Assembly (NCBI GenBank): GCA_035455905.1
Contig: DATIEH010000228.1
Span: forward strand, 1 to 34,463
DNA length: 34,463 nt
From: Candidatus Binatia bacterium
GTDB lineage: Bacteria > Desulfobacterota > Binatia > UBA9968
Direction of reading: 5' to 3'
Shown: positions 1 through 9,264 of the stretch, one piece after another
How positions within the stretch are numbered: the stretch's first letter is position 1
Layout: every line of letters begins with the position of its first letter
The notes under the pieces: generated by a model
The model's input: the letters and a program-made list of their open reading frames with translations, nothing else
Database searches by the model: none
Told to the model about the DNA's origin: nothing
Program-made: the position numbers and the translations under genes

Positions 1-1218
1 CAGTCGATGAAGAAAGCGGGTTCGAGCAATCCGGTTTTTCTCATGGACGAGATCGACAAGATGTCCACGGATTTTCGTGGCGATCCGTCGTCCGCGCTAC
101 TTGAGGTGCTGGACCCGGAGCAAAACACCTCGTTTAACGATCACTACCTCGACTTGGATTATGATCTTTCCAAGGTCATGTTTATCACCACGGCGAATAC
201 CTTGGATCGAATTCCGCGCCCATTGCAGGATCGAATGGAAATCATTCGTATCGCCGGGTACACGGAACTGGAAAAATTGAGCATCGCCAAAAAATATCTT
301 CTGGATAAACAAAAAGAGGCGAACGGACTGACCGCAGACAATTTGGTTTTCACCGATAATGCTATCTTAGGGGTGGTGCGCCACTATACAAAAGAGGCAG
401 GTGTTCGTAGCTTGGAACGAGAGATTGCTGCAATCTGCCGAAAAGTGGCGGTCGAAGTGGTGCGTCGCGACCGTAATGCTCACATCCAAATTGGTTCGAA
501 GAGCCTACATAAATACCTAGGTCCGGTGAAATTCCGATACGGCAAGGCCGAGACCGAGGTGAAAATCGGAGTGACCACGGGGTTAGCTTGGACCGAGCTG
601 GGTGGTGAGCTGTTGGCAACCGAAGTGACGATCATGCCTGGCAAAGGCCAGCTGATTATCACCGGCAAACTCGGTGACGTCATGCAAGAATCCGCACAAG
701 CCGCAATGAGCTATGTGCGCTCTCGCGCCACCGAATTGGGGCTTGCGAAGGATTTCTATCAAAAACTCGACGTTCATATCCACGTGCCCGAAGGCGCAAT
801 CCCGAAGGACGGGCCTTCCGCCGGAATCACAATGGCGACATCGTTGGTTTCGGCTTTGATGAAAATTCCGGTGCACAACGATTTGGCGATGACTGGAGAA
901 ATTACTTTGCGAGGAACTGTTTTGCCCATCGGTGGACTCAAAGAAAAGGTCCTCGCTGCGCACCGCGCTGGCATTAAAAAAGTTCTCATCCCTGCAGAGA
1001 ACGAAAAGGACATTGAGGAAATTCCTGCAACGGTGCTCAAGACGGTCGAGCTCGAATTGGTGTCTCACATGGATCAGGTTCTGAAAAAGGCGTTAGTGCT
1101 GGACGATCCAGAGAGCTTGTTCAGACGCGAGCCATTGGAAAACCAAGCTAAAGACGAACCTCCTCCCTTCGCGGAAAAGGTCGACGACGTACCCGCAAGC
1201 GAAATTCTGCCACAATAA
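1..1218 (+). CDS. lon: Lon protease, C-terminal part (5' end lies outside the window; reading frame 1 is open from base 1)
   Basis: The translation contains the AAA+ Walker B region ([10 protein letters not shown]), sensor and alpha-helical regions, and the Lon proteolytic domain with the catalytic Ser motif [15 protein letters not shown] and a downstream Lys ([10 protein letters not shown]). The ATG at 7 is internal. Confidence 0.95.
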   Translation, partial: QSMKKAGSSNPVFLMDEIDKMSTDFRGDPSSALLEVLDPEQNTSFNDHYLDLDYDLSKVMFITTANTLDRIPRPLQDRMEIIRIAGYTELEKLSIAKKYLLDKQKEANGLTADNLVFTDNAILGVVRHYTKEAGVRSLEREIAAICRKVAVEVVRRDRNAHIQIGSKSLHKYLGPVKFRYGKAETEVKIGVTTGLAWTELGGELLATEVTIMPGKGQLIITGKLGDVMQESAQAAMSYVRSRATELGLAKDFYQKLDVHIHVPEGAIPKDGPSAGITMATSLVSALMKIPVHNDLAMTGEITLRGTVLPIGGLKEKVLAAHRAGIKKVLIPAENEKDIEEIPATVLKTVELELVSHMDQVLKKALVLDDPESLFRREPLENQAKDEPPPFAEKVDDVPASEILPQ

Positions 1219-1238
1219 TGCGCTACGACTAAACTGAT

Positions 1239-1260
1239 GCCGGGTGGTTTGACACCCGGC
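1239..1260 (+). terminator. Perfect 8-bp GC-rich hairpin just after the lon stop (GCCGGGTG-gtttga-CACCCGGC), with no U-tract
   Basis: Read directly from the sequence 21 nt after the lon TAA. With no T-run it may be an RNA-stabilising or processing hairpin rather than a terminator. Confidence 0.3.
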
Positions 1261-1285
1261 ACCTCGGCTGTTATAAAACCACATC

Positions 1286-1329
1286 GCGCTGTGACCCGAA
1301 TCATTTGCGGGGATCTCAGCGCGCTTTTT
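1286..1329 (+). terminator. Candidate rho-independent terminator downstream of lon
   Basis: GCGCTG(1286-1291) pairs with CAGCGC(1317-1322). Inner pairs are GA/TC and CCCG/CGGG around a 9-nt loop. The stem is followed by GC and TTTTT (1325-1329). Confidence 0.5.
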
Positions 1330-1445
1330 CATGATGGGGTTGCCATCTGAAATCACGCTGTTTACCGAAATCGCCGATGAGCTTGCGGTCTATACAAATT
1401 TGAGGAGAAGTCCTCGGTGGTCGTGAAAGCCGGTGTGGTAGCCAA

Positions 1446-1520
1446 GGGCGGTTAGCTCAGCGGGAGAGCATCGGCCTTACAAGCCGGGGGTCACAGGTTC
1501 AAATCCTGTACCGCCCACCA
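1446..1520 (+). tRNA. tRNA-Val (anticodon TAC), CCA encoded
   Basis: Manual cloverleaf: acceptor GGGCGGT/ACCGCCC, D arm GCTC-AGCGGGA-GAGC, anticodon arm TCGGC-CTTACAA-GCCGG, T arm ACAGG-TTCAAAT-CCTGT, discriminator A, CCA. Confidence 0.93.
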
Positions 1521-1545
1521 TCGGTAAAGCGCTTTAATTTATGTC

Positions 1546-1622
1546 GGGGTCGTAGTTCAGCTGGTTAGAACGCCGGCCTGTCACGCCGGAGGTCGCGAGT
1601 TCGAGTCTCGTCGGCCCCGCCA
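1546..1622 (+). tRNA. tRNA-Asp (anticodon GTC), CCA encoded
   Basis: Manual cloverleaf: acceptor GGGGTCG/CGGCCCC (one G-U pair), D arm GTTC-AGCTGGTTA-GAAC, anticodon arm CCGGC-CTGTCAC-GCCGG, T arm GCGAG-TTCGAGT-CTCGT, discriminator G, CCA. Confidence 0.93.
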
Positions 1623-1670
1623 TTACTCGAATTTAGCGGACATATTTTCCGGTCCTGGAGTTTGCAGGCG

Positions 1671-2096
1671 ATGAAGAAACAAGAAGCGCTGTCCCAAAGA
1701 CGTTGGTATGTGATCGACGGTCAAGGCAAAATTCTCGGTCGCATGGCCACTGAAATCGCGCGAGTATTGCGCGGGAAGCACAAACCCACATTTACGCCCA
1801 ATCAAGACGCCGGAGACTTTGTCATTGTGATCAACGCGCGTGGAGTGAAACTTACCGGCGCTAAGCTGCAAGACAAAGTCTACTATCGGCACACTGAATA
1901 TCCGGGCGGTATTCGGGAACGATCCGCGGCGGAGCTGCTGCAAATCAAGCCGGAGGAGTTGGTAAGGTTGGCCGTACGGGGAATGCTCCCGAAGAATCGC
2001 TTAAGTCGTAAGTTGGTTACCAAACTCAAAGTTTATGCCGGCCCAGAGCATCCCCACAGTGCGCAAAAACCGCAACCTTTGACGATCGCTAGCTAG
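1671..2096 (+). CDS. rplM: 50S ribosomal protein L13
   Basis: [43 protein letters not shown] matches the canonical L13 N-terminus. I chose ATG 1671 over the track's TTG 1662 because GGAG (1657-1660) is 10 nt from the ATG but only 1 nt from the TTG. Confidence 0.95.
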   Translation: MKKQEALSQRRWYVIDGQGKILGRMATEIARVLRGKHKPTFTPNQDAGDFVIVINARGVKLTGAKLQDKVYYRHTEYPGGIRERSAAELLQIKPEELVRLAVRGMLPKNRLSRKLVTKLKVYAGPEHPHSAQKPQPLTIAS

Positions 2097-2105
2097 GAGA
2101 TTTCG

Positions 2106-2498
2106 ATGGCAGAAAAGGTTTTTACGGCAACAGGTCGCAGAAAAACTTCAGTTGCCCGTGTCGCGCTGAAGCCTGGCAAGGGCAGAATCACGATCAATAC
2201 GAAATCCTTGCAGGAGTATTTCGGTCGCGAGACTGCTCGCATGATTGTCCTACAGCCCTTCGATGTGACGCAAACGTCCGGAAATTTTGATATCGATGTG
2301 AATGTCGCCGGTGGCGGAAATTCGGGTCAGGCGGGTGCGATTCGCCACGGGATAACGCGCGCCCTAATGCAGATCAATCCCGAGCTCCGTTCACCTTTGA
2401 AAAAAGCCGGCTTTGTCACGCGCGACCCACGCGCAGTCGAGCGAAAAAAATACGGACGTCACAAGGCGAGAAAACGCCCCCAATACTCCAAGCGCTAA
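2106..2498 (+). CDS. rpsI: 30S ribosomal protein S9
   Basis: [10 protein letters not shown] near the N-terminus and the basic C-terminus ending KRPQYSKR are typical of S9. AGGAG overlaps the rplM stop. This is the classic rplM-rpsI pair. Confidence 0.96.
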   Translation: MAEKVFTATGRRKTSVARVALKPGKGRITINTKSLQEYFGRETARMIVLQPFDVTQTSGNFDIDVNVAGGGNSGQAGAIRHGITRALMQINPELRSPLKKAGFVTRDPRAVERKKYGRHKARKRPQYSKR

Positions 2499-2647
2499 AT
2501 TTCGTCTACGAGGGTTTCCCCCTCCCCCCAGGGAACGGCTTTGCCGATCTCAGATCGGTCACATGAACGGCGAGCGCTAGCGCAAAGCTCGTAAATTTCT
2601 TTTAGCACGGTCACCCCTCGAGCTCTTTCACAAGGAATTCGTGTCGG

Positions 2648-3754
2648 TCACTCTTCTGCCGTGAAGAAGAATAGCCCGATCATCGCGAAAATAGCGTTCG
2701 GCGCCCAGGCGGATAATGCCGAAGGCATGGCGCCACTGTGACCGAGCGAGAGGCAAAACGCAGCTAAGACCCAATAGCCAAACGCGATCAGCATCGCGAT
2801 CCCGAAGCTCAGGGAGAGACTCCCGGTCATTTTTCGTTTGATCGCGAATGGAATCGCCAGCAGGACCATCAAGGGCGAGATGAACGGCAGGGCGAGTTTT
2901 GTCTGAAGATCGACTTCATAATAGGTAGTGTCGATGCCTTTGGCTTTCATATCGGCGATCTGTTTTTGTAAATCGAAAAACGTGAATTCCTCGGCATCCC
3001 GCGCCAGCAGCTGAAGATCTTTTGGAGTTTCGGAGAGCGGCAGCGTGGTTGTGGTTTCCCGCTGAACCATCTTTCCGTCTGGGAGCAGACTCCATTCGGT
3101 GCCGCCGGTGACTGTCCAACCCTTCTGGGTATATTGCGCGCGTGGAATTTCGAGCAGCCCGCGCAAGCTAAAGTCGCGATTGAGGAGAAAAACCGTCACG
3201 TTCTCGAGGACATTTGTGCGTGGGTCAAAATTGTCGATATTTATAAAGCTATTTTCGGCACGTATCCAGATATCATGAGTTCCTAGGAGGCTTTGCTGCT
3301 GTTTATTTTTGATCTCTGTCTTGTAAATTGTTTGGGCATTGTGAGCAAAGACAGGGACCAAGGCTTCGTTCCAAAGAAAATTTAGCGCACAAACGATCAG
3401 CGATAGAATCAGCAGCGGTAGAGCGATTCGTTGAACGGTGATTCCACCTGCGCGAATTGCGGTGATCTCGTGGGTTCGGGTCAATGCGCCGAGACAAAAA
3501 AGTGTCGAAAAAAGAACAGCAAAGCCGATCACACGAGAAATCAAAAGCGGCGCCTTATAAAAAAAGTATCGCAAGATAGTGAAAAGCGGCGCGCCGGCAT
3601 CGAGCAGAGCGCCGATTCGTTCGAAAAAGTCCACCGTTGTGTAAACCAACGTGATTACCAGCAGACTGACGAAGAAAATCCGTAAGAAGCTGCTGGCGAC
3701 GTAACGGTCCAAAATTGCGCCGACGGGAAGGAATTTGAAAGCGAGCCGGCCCAT
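2648..3754 (-). CDS. lptG: LPS export ABC transporter permease LptG (YjgP/YjgQ family)
   Basis: N-terminal ILDRYV motif, three N-terminal TM helices, a central soluble (periplasmic beta-jellyroll-like) segment and three C-terminal TM helices. It is the second gene of a YjgP/YjgQ pair and overlaps the upstream gene by 1 nt (TGATG). Confidence 0.85.
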   Translation of the reverse strand: MGRLAFKFLPVGAILDRYVASSFLRIFFVSLLVITLVYTTVDFFERIGALLDAGAPLFTILRYFFYKAPLLISRVIGFAVLFSTLFCLGALTRTHEITAIRAGGITVQRIALPLLILSLIVCALNFLWNEALVPVFAHNAQTIYKTEIKNKQQQSLLGTHDIWIRAENSFINIDNFDPRTNVLENVTVFLLNRDFSLRGLLEIPRAQYTQKGWTVTGGTEWSLLPDGKMVQRETTTTLPLSETPKDLQLLARDAEEFTFFDLQKQIADMKAKGIDTTYYEVDLQTKLALPFISPLMVLLAIPFAIKRKMTGSLSLSFGIAMLIAFGYWVLAAFCLSLGHSGAMPSALSAWAPNAIFAMIGLFFFTAEE

Positions 3755-4962
3755 CAGTTACGCCTTCTATGAAGACTTCTCCTGAGTTCAACCCAACCCT
3801 GTGCGACCGATTCCGCCGCACGGTCAAGCACTCGCGGAAAAGTCAGCGGTGAATCCCGTAACGCATGTCGGAAAAAATGCGCACCGATACCACCCACGAC
3901 GACATTCGGTAGCCAGAGAGCGGGGATCGGATGAAGAATGTTTTTGTCGCCTAAGGCTTTTCCGAGCGAAAGCAGGGCATAGTAGGCGACGAGCCAAAAA
4001 AGACACAGCATAAATCCCCAGGACCGGTTAGCGCGAGAAGAGCGCGGAACCAGAGTGAGTGCGACTCCCAGAAGACAAAATAGTAAAGGAACAAATCCGA
4101 AAGAAATACGCTGCTGCAGCTCCATTCTCTCGGCGATGGTTTTGGCGCCCGCTCGTTGTTTTTTTTCGATGCTCGACAGCAACTCTGAGACCGTCATTTC
4201 TTTCGGACCCGATTCCTTCTGCTGAATCGGCCCGATAAGATCGTCGAGATCGAGCTTGAAATCATAAATATTAAAACGCGTTTGACTGAAACCGGGGCGA
4301 TTTTTCTCTCGTTCATAAATACTACCGTCAAAGAGGCGCAATCCGAGGGTGTTGGTCTCCTCCTCCGTGGAGATACGCGCAACCTTCCCCAAGATAATAT
4401 CCTCCCGGATCTGGTCCCGCTTATCGACGATAAGCACCCCTTGCGCGGTATTGCCGGGAGGAACGATCTCCTCGACATAGATCAGGATTTTGGGGAAGTC
4501 GTCATTGAATACCTTTTCCTTAAGGGCCGTGCCAATCCGACTCTTGGCGATATTGTAAAGCTCTTTTTTTAATGCAAAGTTCGCCACGGGCCGGGCAAAC
4601 ATCGTGAGAAAGAAAGTTACAAGCGCGATCACAAATGCCAAAATGGCGACGGGCCATAGAATTTGCGCAGGGCTGATTCCCGATGCCTTCATAGCCAGGA
4701 GCTCTTGATCATTGGACATTCGGCCTAGTCCCAAGAGGATGGCGAGTAGGAAGGCCATGGGCACCGTCATTTCCAGAAACGTGGGGAGAATCAAAGAGAA
4801 TAACTTCAGGATCTGCAAAATTGGCACACCGCGCGTCACGACCAACTCAATAAGTCTCAAGATACGCCCTATCAACAACACTGAAGTGAACGCGAGCAGG
4901 CCCAAGAAAAACGGCGGAATGATTTCGGAGATCAAATAGCGGAACAGAATTCTTCGCTTCAC
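3754..4962 (-). CDS. lptF: LPS export ABC transporter permease LptF (YjgP/YjgQ family), GTG start
   Basis: The N-terminus ILFRYLISEIIPPFFLGLLAFTSVLL and the same 3 TM + soluble domain + 3 TM layout as above. It is the first gene of the pair, so the F versus G assignment rests on order and on N-terminal motifs. Confidence 0.82.
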   Translation of the reverse strand: MKRRILFRYLISEIIPPFFLGLLAFTSVLLIGRILRLIELVVTRGVPILQILKLFSLILPTFLEMTVPMAFLLAILLGLGRMSNDQELLAMKASGISPAQILWPVAILAFVIALVTFFLTMFARPVANFALKKELYNIAKSRIGTALKEKVFNDDFPKILIYVEEIVPPGNTAQGVLIVDKRDQIREDIILGKVARISTEEETNTLGLRLFDGSIYEREKNRPGFSQTRFNIYDFKLDLDDLIGPIQQKESGPKEMTVSELLSSIEKKQRAGAKTIAERMELQQRISFGFVPLLFCLLGVALTLVPRSSRANRSWGFMLCLFWLVAYYALLSLGKALGDKNILHPIPALWLPNVVVGGIGAHFFRHALRDSPLTFPRVLDRAAESVAQGWVELRRSLHRRRN

Positions 4963-4973
4963 GTCGAGGCATG

Positions 4974-5001
4974 TTAACGAGTGCTATAGGGTTTGTAAAA
5001 T
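4974..5001 (+). promoter_or_regulatory. Candidate sigma70-type promoter for rlmB: TTAACG, 16-nt spacer, TAAAAT
   Basis: Hexamers read from the 66-bp divergent spacer between lptF and rlmB. The -10 matches TATAAT at 5 of 6 positions and the -35 matches TTGACA at 4 of 6. Confidence 0.35.
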
Positions 5002-5028
5002 CCTCGAGCGCGAAATCGCAAAATCGCC

Positions 5029-5790
5029 ATGTCGTCACGCACCGAAATAGTCTTTGGCATCAATCCCGTGCAGGAAAAGCTTCGCGCCTCGGCAAAAGAT
5101 GTCTTGGAAATTTTGCTTGCCGAAGCGGGTGATCGCGCTGCTTTGCGTTTGATCGAGCGCGAGGCGGTCCGCCATGGACTGCGCGTCTCACGGGTGACCG
5201 CTCATCTTCTCGATCGATTGGCCGCAGGTCAACGACATCAGGGTGTCATCGCAAAAATCGCAGGCTTTCAATACCTGTCGCTTGACGAACTCCTGCAGCG
5301 GATCTCAACGGGACTTAGCTCGGAATGGATTTTAATCCTCGATGGCGTGACCGATCCGCGTAACTTTGGCGCATTGCTACGGACCGCGGAAGCGGTCGGA
5401 ATTCGGCATGTCGTTATTCCTAAGCATCGCTCAGTCGATGTGAACCCGCTGGTCGTGAAGGCAGCATCGGGAGCCACATTTCATCTGGATATTGTCAAAG
5501 CGACAAATATGCGAACGGCGCTCGCGGAGCTAAAAAAGCGCGGTTACTGGATCGCCGGTCTGGACGCGAAGGCTGCCAAAACCATTTATGAAAATAACTA
5601 CCCGGAACGGCTGGCCATTCTCTTGGGAAGCGAAGGCAAGGGCATTCGCCAGATAAACTTGCGTGAATGCGATTTCGTGGTATCGATCCCCATGCTCGGC
5701 AAAATTGCTTCTCTTAACGTCGCTGTAGCAGGAGCCGTTTTTCTGTACGAAATTCTGCGACAAAGGCAGATGGGCGCGAATGACAGATGA
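5029..5790 (+). CDS. rlmB: SpoU/TrmH-family RNA 2'-O-methyltransferase, most likely 23S rRNA Gm2251 methyltransferase RlmB
   Basis: An N-terminal substrate-binding-like region is followed by the SPOUT motifs LDGVTDPRNFGALLRTAEA, LLGSEGKGI and SLNVAVAGAVFLYE. The size (253 aa) and the position upstream of the tuf/secE/nusG cluster fit RlmB. Confidence 0.85.
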   Translation: MSSRTEIVFGINPVQEKLRASAKDVLEILLAEAGDRAALRLIEREAVRHGLRVSRVTAHLLDRLAAGQRHQGVIAKIAGFQYLSLDELLQRISTGLSSEWILILDGVTDPRNFGALLRTAEAVGIRHVVIPKHRSVDVNPLVVKAASGATFHLDIVKATNMRTALAELKKRGYWIAGLDAKAAKTIYENNYPERLAILLGSEGKGIRQINLRECDFVVSIPMLGKIASLNVAVAGAVFLYEILRQRQMGANDR

Positions 5791-5839
5791 CGGGAATTGG
5801 GTCGCTATGTTGGAAACTGCGCGAGTTACCTCCTCCCTG

Positions 5840-5869
5840 TTGACATGATTACTTGAAGGTGCTTTAAAT
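5840..5869 (+). promoter_or_regulatory. Candidate sigma70 promoter for the tRNA-tuf transcription unit: TTGACA, 17-nt spacer, TTTAAA (or 18-nt spacer, TTAAAT)
   Basis: A perfect -35 hexamer at 5840-5845 with an AT-rich -10 at 5863-5869. It lies about 150 nt upstream of the first tRNA. Confidence 0.5.
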
Positions 5870-6020
5870 AACCGTTTACATAAAAAGAGTACGCTGGGAT
5901 GCCTCGTCCTGCGCTTCAGAGATATTGCTGGATTGTCGTGGGGAAATCGAATCTATTCCACCGGATGTTTTTGATCGCGGGGGATTGGCTTTTGCGCAAG
6001 CGTCAGCTGGCGCAAGCTAA

Positions 6021-6095
6021 GCTGGCGTAGCTCAACGGTAGAGCAGCTGATTTGTAATCAGCAGGTTGTAGGTTCAAGTCCTATCGCCAGCTCCA
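6021..6095 (+). tRNA. tRNA-Thr (anticodon TGT), CCA encoded
   Basis: Manual cloverleaf: acceptor GCTGGCG/CGCCAGC, D arm GCTC-AACGGTA-GAGC, anticodon arm GCTGA-TTTGTAA-TCAGC, T arm GTAGG-TTCAAGT-CCTAT, discriminator T, CCA. Confidence 0.92.
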
Positions 6096-6177
6096 GCTTA
6101 GACGGGAGCTCCGATTTCGGGTTCTGTATTTTTCATTATATTAGGAGTATTAGTAACTTAGCCAAGGTTAAGGGATA

Positions 6178-6262
<85 letters not shown>

Positions 6263-6273
6263 GACTTCATAAC

Positions 6274-6349
6274 GCGGGAATAGCTCAGTTGGTAGAGCGC
6301 AAGCCTTCCAAGCTTGGGGTCGCGGGTTCGAGTCCCGTTTCCCGCTCCA
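6274..6349 (+). tRNA. tRNA-Gly (anticodon TCC), CCA encoded
   Basis: Acceptor GCGGGAA/TTCCCGC, D arm GCTC-AGTTGGTA-GAGC, anticodon arm CAAGC-CTTCCAA-GCTTG, T arm GCGGG-TTCGAGT-CCCGT, discriminator T, CCA. Confidence 0.93.
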
Positions 6350-6431
6350 TTTTGAGTTTGTCGATGATGTTCGGATCGACAGGGAGCAGGTACAGTCGGC
6401 CGGGGCGCTGTACAAATCGTCCGTGATATCT

Positions 6432-6504
6432 GCCCAGGTAGCTCAGTCGGTAGAGCACGTCCTTGGTAAGGACGAGGTCGGCGGTTCAATCCCGCTCCTG
6501 GGCT
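6432..6504 (+). tRNA. tRNA-Thr (anticodon GGT), CCA not encoded
   Basis: Acceptor GCCCAGG/CCTGGGC, D arm GCTC-AGTCGGTA-GAGC, anticodon arm CGTCC-TTGGTAA-GGACG, T arm GGCGG-TTCAATC-CCGCT, discriminator T followed by TGC. Confidence 0.92.
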
Positions 6505-6573
6505 TGCTTAGAACATACGCGCCGGGTTTGGCATCCTTGAAGCGATTCATTGGTAATTCAATAGGAGGAAGAG

Positions 6574-7764
6574 ATGAGTAAGCAGAAGTTTGAGCGCAAG
6601 AAGCCGCACCTAAATATTGGCACAATCGGCCACGTCGATCACGGCAAGACAACTTTAACGGCCGCAATTACCAAGGTCTTGGAAAAGCAAGGTAAGGCTA
6701 AGTTTCTAGCCTATGATCAGATCGACAAGGCACCGGAGGAGAGAGAGCGCGGTGTTACCATCAATATTGCTCACGTCGAATATGAAACCGATAAGCGCCA
6801 CTATGCCCACGTCGACTGTCCAGGTCATGCAGACTACGTGAAGAACATGATCACCGGCGCGGCACAAATGGACGGCGCCATCCTCGTTGTCTCCGCTGCC
6901 GACGGCCCGATGCCTCAAACCCGCGAGCACATTTTGTTAGCACGGCAGGTCGGCGTTCCTGCCATCGTCGTCTATCTTAACAAAGCCGACATGGTCGATG
7001 ACAAAGAACTACTAGAGCTGGTCGAACTCGAAGTTCGCGAGCTGCTGTCGAAATACAAATTCCCTGGAGATGATACGCCGATCGTCATCGGTAGCGCACT
7101 GAAAGCCCTCGAGGGTGACACGTCTGAAATGGGTGAAGGCTCAATATTGAAGCTGATGGAGGCTGTGGATTCGTTCGTCCAGGAGCCGGTGCGCGATATC
7201 GACAAGCCGTTTTTGATGCCTGTTGAAGACGTATTCACAATCAGCGGGCGCGGTACGGTCGTGACGGGACGGGTTGAGCGCGGCGTCGTGAAAGTAGGCG
7301 AGGAAATCGAAATCGTCGGATTCAAAGCGACCCAGAAGACCGTTGCGACTGGTGTTGAGATGTTCCGGAAGCTGCTCGACGAGGGGCAGGCGGGCGACAA
7401 CATTGGCGTACTTCTCCGCGGCACCAAGCGGGAGGAAGTGGAGCGCGGCCAGGTTCTGGCCAAACCGGGCAGTATCACGCCACATACGAGATTCAACGCC
7501 GAGGCTTACGTATTAACCAAAGAGGAAGGCGGCCGGCACACGCCGTTTTTCAATGGCTATCGACCGCAGTTTTATTTTCGCACGACGGACGTTACCGGTG
7601 TTGTGAAGTTGCCGGAAGGCACTGAAATGGTCATGCCCGGCGATAACATCAATGTCGAGATCGAATTAATCACACCGGTCGCCATGGACGACGGGCTCAA
7701 GTTCGCTATTCGCGAAGGCGGACGGACCGTGGGCGCCGGAGTTGTAACTAAAATTATTCAGTAA
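6574..7764 (+). CDS. tuf: Translation elongation factor EF-Tu
   Basis: G1 [10 protein letters not shown]3 DCPGHADY, G4 NKADM, G5 SAL. The 396-aa length and the strong AGGAGG SD upstream also fit. Confidence 0.99.
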   Translation: MSKQKFERKKPHLNIGTIGHVDHGKTTLTAAITKVLEKQGKAKFLAYDQIDKAPEERERGVTINIAHVEYETDKRHYAHVDCPGHADYVKNMITGAAQMDGAILVVSAADGPMPQTREHILLARQVGVPAIVVYLNKADMVDDKELLELVELEVRELLSKYKFPGDDTPIVIGSALKALEGDTSEMGEGSILKLMEAVDSFVQEPVRDIDKPFLMPVEDVFTISGRGTVVTGRVERGVVKVGEEIEIVGFKATQKTVATGVEMFRKLLDEGQAGDNIGVLLRGTKREEVERGQVLAKPGSITPHTRFNAEAYVLTKEEGGRHTPFFNGYRPQFYFRTTDVTGVVKLPEGTEMVMPGDNINVEIELITPVAMDDGLKFAIREGGRTVGAGVVTKIIQ

Positions 7765-7788
7765 CCGGTTGCTGAAAGAGGTTGCGTT

Positions 7789-7941
7789 ATGCGGGAACTC
7801 ATCGGATTTGCTTGCGATCAATGCAAACGTAAGAATTACACATCGACAAAAAATCGAAAGAAGACCACGGAAAAGCTTTCCCTGAAGAAATTTTGCGCTT
7901 CTTGCCGCGCGCATACTCTGCATCGCGAGGTTAAGGTCTAA
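7789..7941 (+). CDS. rpmG: 50S ribosomal protein L33 (Cys4 zinc-ribbon form), 50 aa, below the ORF-track cutoff
   Basis: Hand translation: MRELIGFACDQCKRKNYTSTKNRKKTTEKLSLKKFCASCRAHTLHREVKV. It has CxxC...CxxC and the typical L33 basic core. GAAAGAGG lies upstream. The position between tuf and tRNA-Trp/secE is a common synteny. Confidence 0.9.
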   Translation: MRELIGFACDQCKRKNYTSTKNRKKTTEKLSLKKFCASCRAHTLHREVKV

Positions 7942-7949
7942 CGGGAGAG

Positions 7950-8026
7950 GGGTCAGTAGCTCCAATTGGTAGAGCGCCGGACTCCAAATCCGGTTGTTGT
8001 AGGTTCGAGTCCTGCCTGACCCGCCA
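7950..8026 (+). tRNA. tRNA-Trp (anticodon CCA), 3' CCA encoded
   Basis: Acceptor GGGTCAG/CTGACCC, D arm GCTC-CAATTGGTA-GAGC, anticodon arm CCGGA-CTCCAAA-TCCGG, T arm GTAGG-TTCGAGT-CCTGC, discriminator G, CCA. Confidence 0.92.
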
Positions 8027-8043
8027 TCTCATGGATTTCACCG

Positions 8044-8259
8044 ATGGGTGATTGGATCCAAAATATCCAAGACAGTGTCCGGCACGCTGTCGAGTTCTTC
8101 AAGGAAGCGTGGCAGGAATTGAAAAAGGTCTATTGGCCTTCCCGTAAGGAAACTTACGCAGCGACTCTCGTGGTAATCATTGTTGTCGTCATTATTTCGG
8201 TCTATTTGGCGGCGGTCGATCTTGTCTTGACCAAAGCCATTCAGGCGATCATCGGCTGA
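8044..8259 (+). CDS. secE: Preprotein translocase subunit SecE (single-TM form)
   Basis: 71 aa. An amphipathic N-terminus with KVYWPSRKET is followed by one hydrophobic helix (LVVIIVVVIISVYLAAV). It sits directly upstream of nusG. Confidence 0.9.
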   Translation: MGDWIQNIQDSVRHAVEFFKEAWQELKKVYWPSRKETYAATLVVIIVVVIISVYLAAVDLVLTKAIQAIIG

Positions 8260-8279
8260 TAGAAGTTCGGGCGCGCGCT

Positions 8280-8810
8280 ATGGCCAAGCAGTGGTACATC
8301 GTTCACACGTTTTCGGGATATGAACAGAAGGCGAAAGCCGCGCTGGAGGAGCGGATCAGGGCCCTCGGGAAGCAGGATTTTTTCGGTGAAATACTGGTGC
8401 CGGTGGAAAAAGTCGTAGAGTTGGTGAAGGGTAAGAAGAAGACGTCCTCGCGCAAGTTCTTTCCAGGATACATTCTGGTGCAGATGGAACTGAATGACGA
8501 CACCTGGCACGTCGTTAAAGAAACGCCAAAGGTCACCGGCTTCGTCGGCGGCAGCACGAATCCTCCTTCAGTTACGGATGAGGAAGTTAGAGCCATTACC
8601 CAACAGATGGAAGAGGGCGCCATCAAACCGAAACCGCGGGTGTTGTTCTCGGTGGGTGAAAACGTCAAGGTGATCGATGGTCCATTCGCCGATTTCAACG
8701 GGGTGGTCGAAGAAGTCAAACCCGACAAGGGGAAGCTCCGAGTCTTGATCAGCATATTTGGCCGAGCGACTCCGGTGGAGCTCGAGTTCGTTCAAGTTGA
8801 ACGCAATTAG
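8280..8810 (+). CDS. nusG: Transcription termination/antitermination factor NusG
   Basis: NGN domain start ([15 protein letters not shown]) and C-terminal KOW motif ([21 protein letters not shown]). Confidence 0.97.
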   Translation: MAKQWYIVHTFSGYEQKAKAALEERIRALGKQDFFGEILVPVEKVVELVKGKKKTSSRKFFPGYILVQMELNDDTWHVVKETPKVTGFVGGSTNPPSVTDEEVRAITQQMEEGAIKPKPRVLFSVGENVKVIDGPFADFNGVVEEVKPDKGKLRVLISIFGRATPVELEFVQVERN

Positions 8811-8827
8811 TTGGAAGGATTGAGCCA

Positions 8828-9253
8828 ATGGCAAAAAAAGTGATCGGCGAGATCAAGCTGCAGATCCCGGCTGGGCAGGCCAATCCGAGTCCCCCTGTGG
8901 GTCCAGCACTGGGGCAACGTGGCGTCAATATCATGGAGTTTTGTAAAGCGTTCAACGCGGCCACTCAGGCACAGCAAGGAATGATCACGCCGGTCATTAT
9001 TACCGTATATGCGGATCGCTCTTTTACGTTTGTAACAAAAACGCCTCCCGCCTCTGTGCTGCTGAAGAAGGCCGCGGGGCTGGAAAAGGGCTCTTCAGAA
9101 ACCGGCAAGACATCGGTCGGCAAAGTGACTCGAGCCCAAGTCCGCCAGATTGCTGAATTGAAGCTTAAGGACCTTACGGCAAAAAATCTGGCGGCGGCGG
9201 AAAAATCAATCGAAGGAACGGCGCGCAGTTTGGGCTTGGAAGTCGAAGGTTAG
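8828..9253 (+). CDS. rplK: 50S ribosomal protein L11
   Basis: [34 protein letters not shown] is the hallmark L11 N-terminal domain. Confidence 0.98.
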   Translation: MAKKVIGEIKLQIPAGQANPSPPVGPALGQRGVNIMEFCKAFNAATQAQQGMITPVIITVYADRSFTFVTKTPPASVLLKKAAGLEKGSSETGKTSVGKVTRAQVRQIAELKLKDLTAKNLAAAEKSIEGTARSLGLEVEG

Positions 9254-9264
9254 ACGAGGAACCT

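Noticed and set aside
1331-1426. A 31-codon ORF (MMGLPSEITLF...) between the lon terminator and tRNA-Val.
   Set aside because: It has no SD, since the ATG sits right after the terminator T-run. It has no recognisable features and its size is consistent with chance.
2499-2647. Several small palindromes in the convergent rpsI/lptG spacer, considered as a bidirectional terminator. They are GTTTCCC...GGGAAC at 2514-2536, CCGATC-tca-GATCGG at 2544-2558, and CGAGC...GCTCG at 2571-2591 followed by TAAATTTCTTTT.
   Set aside because: The stems are short (4-6 bp) and only the last has a T-rich tail, which is interrupted. I could not support any single one as a terminator without a folding-energy calculation or 3'-end data.
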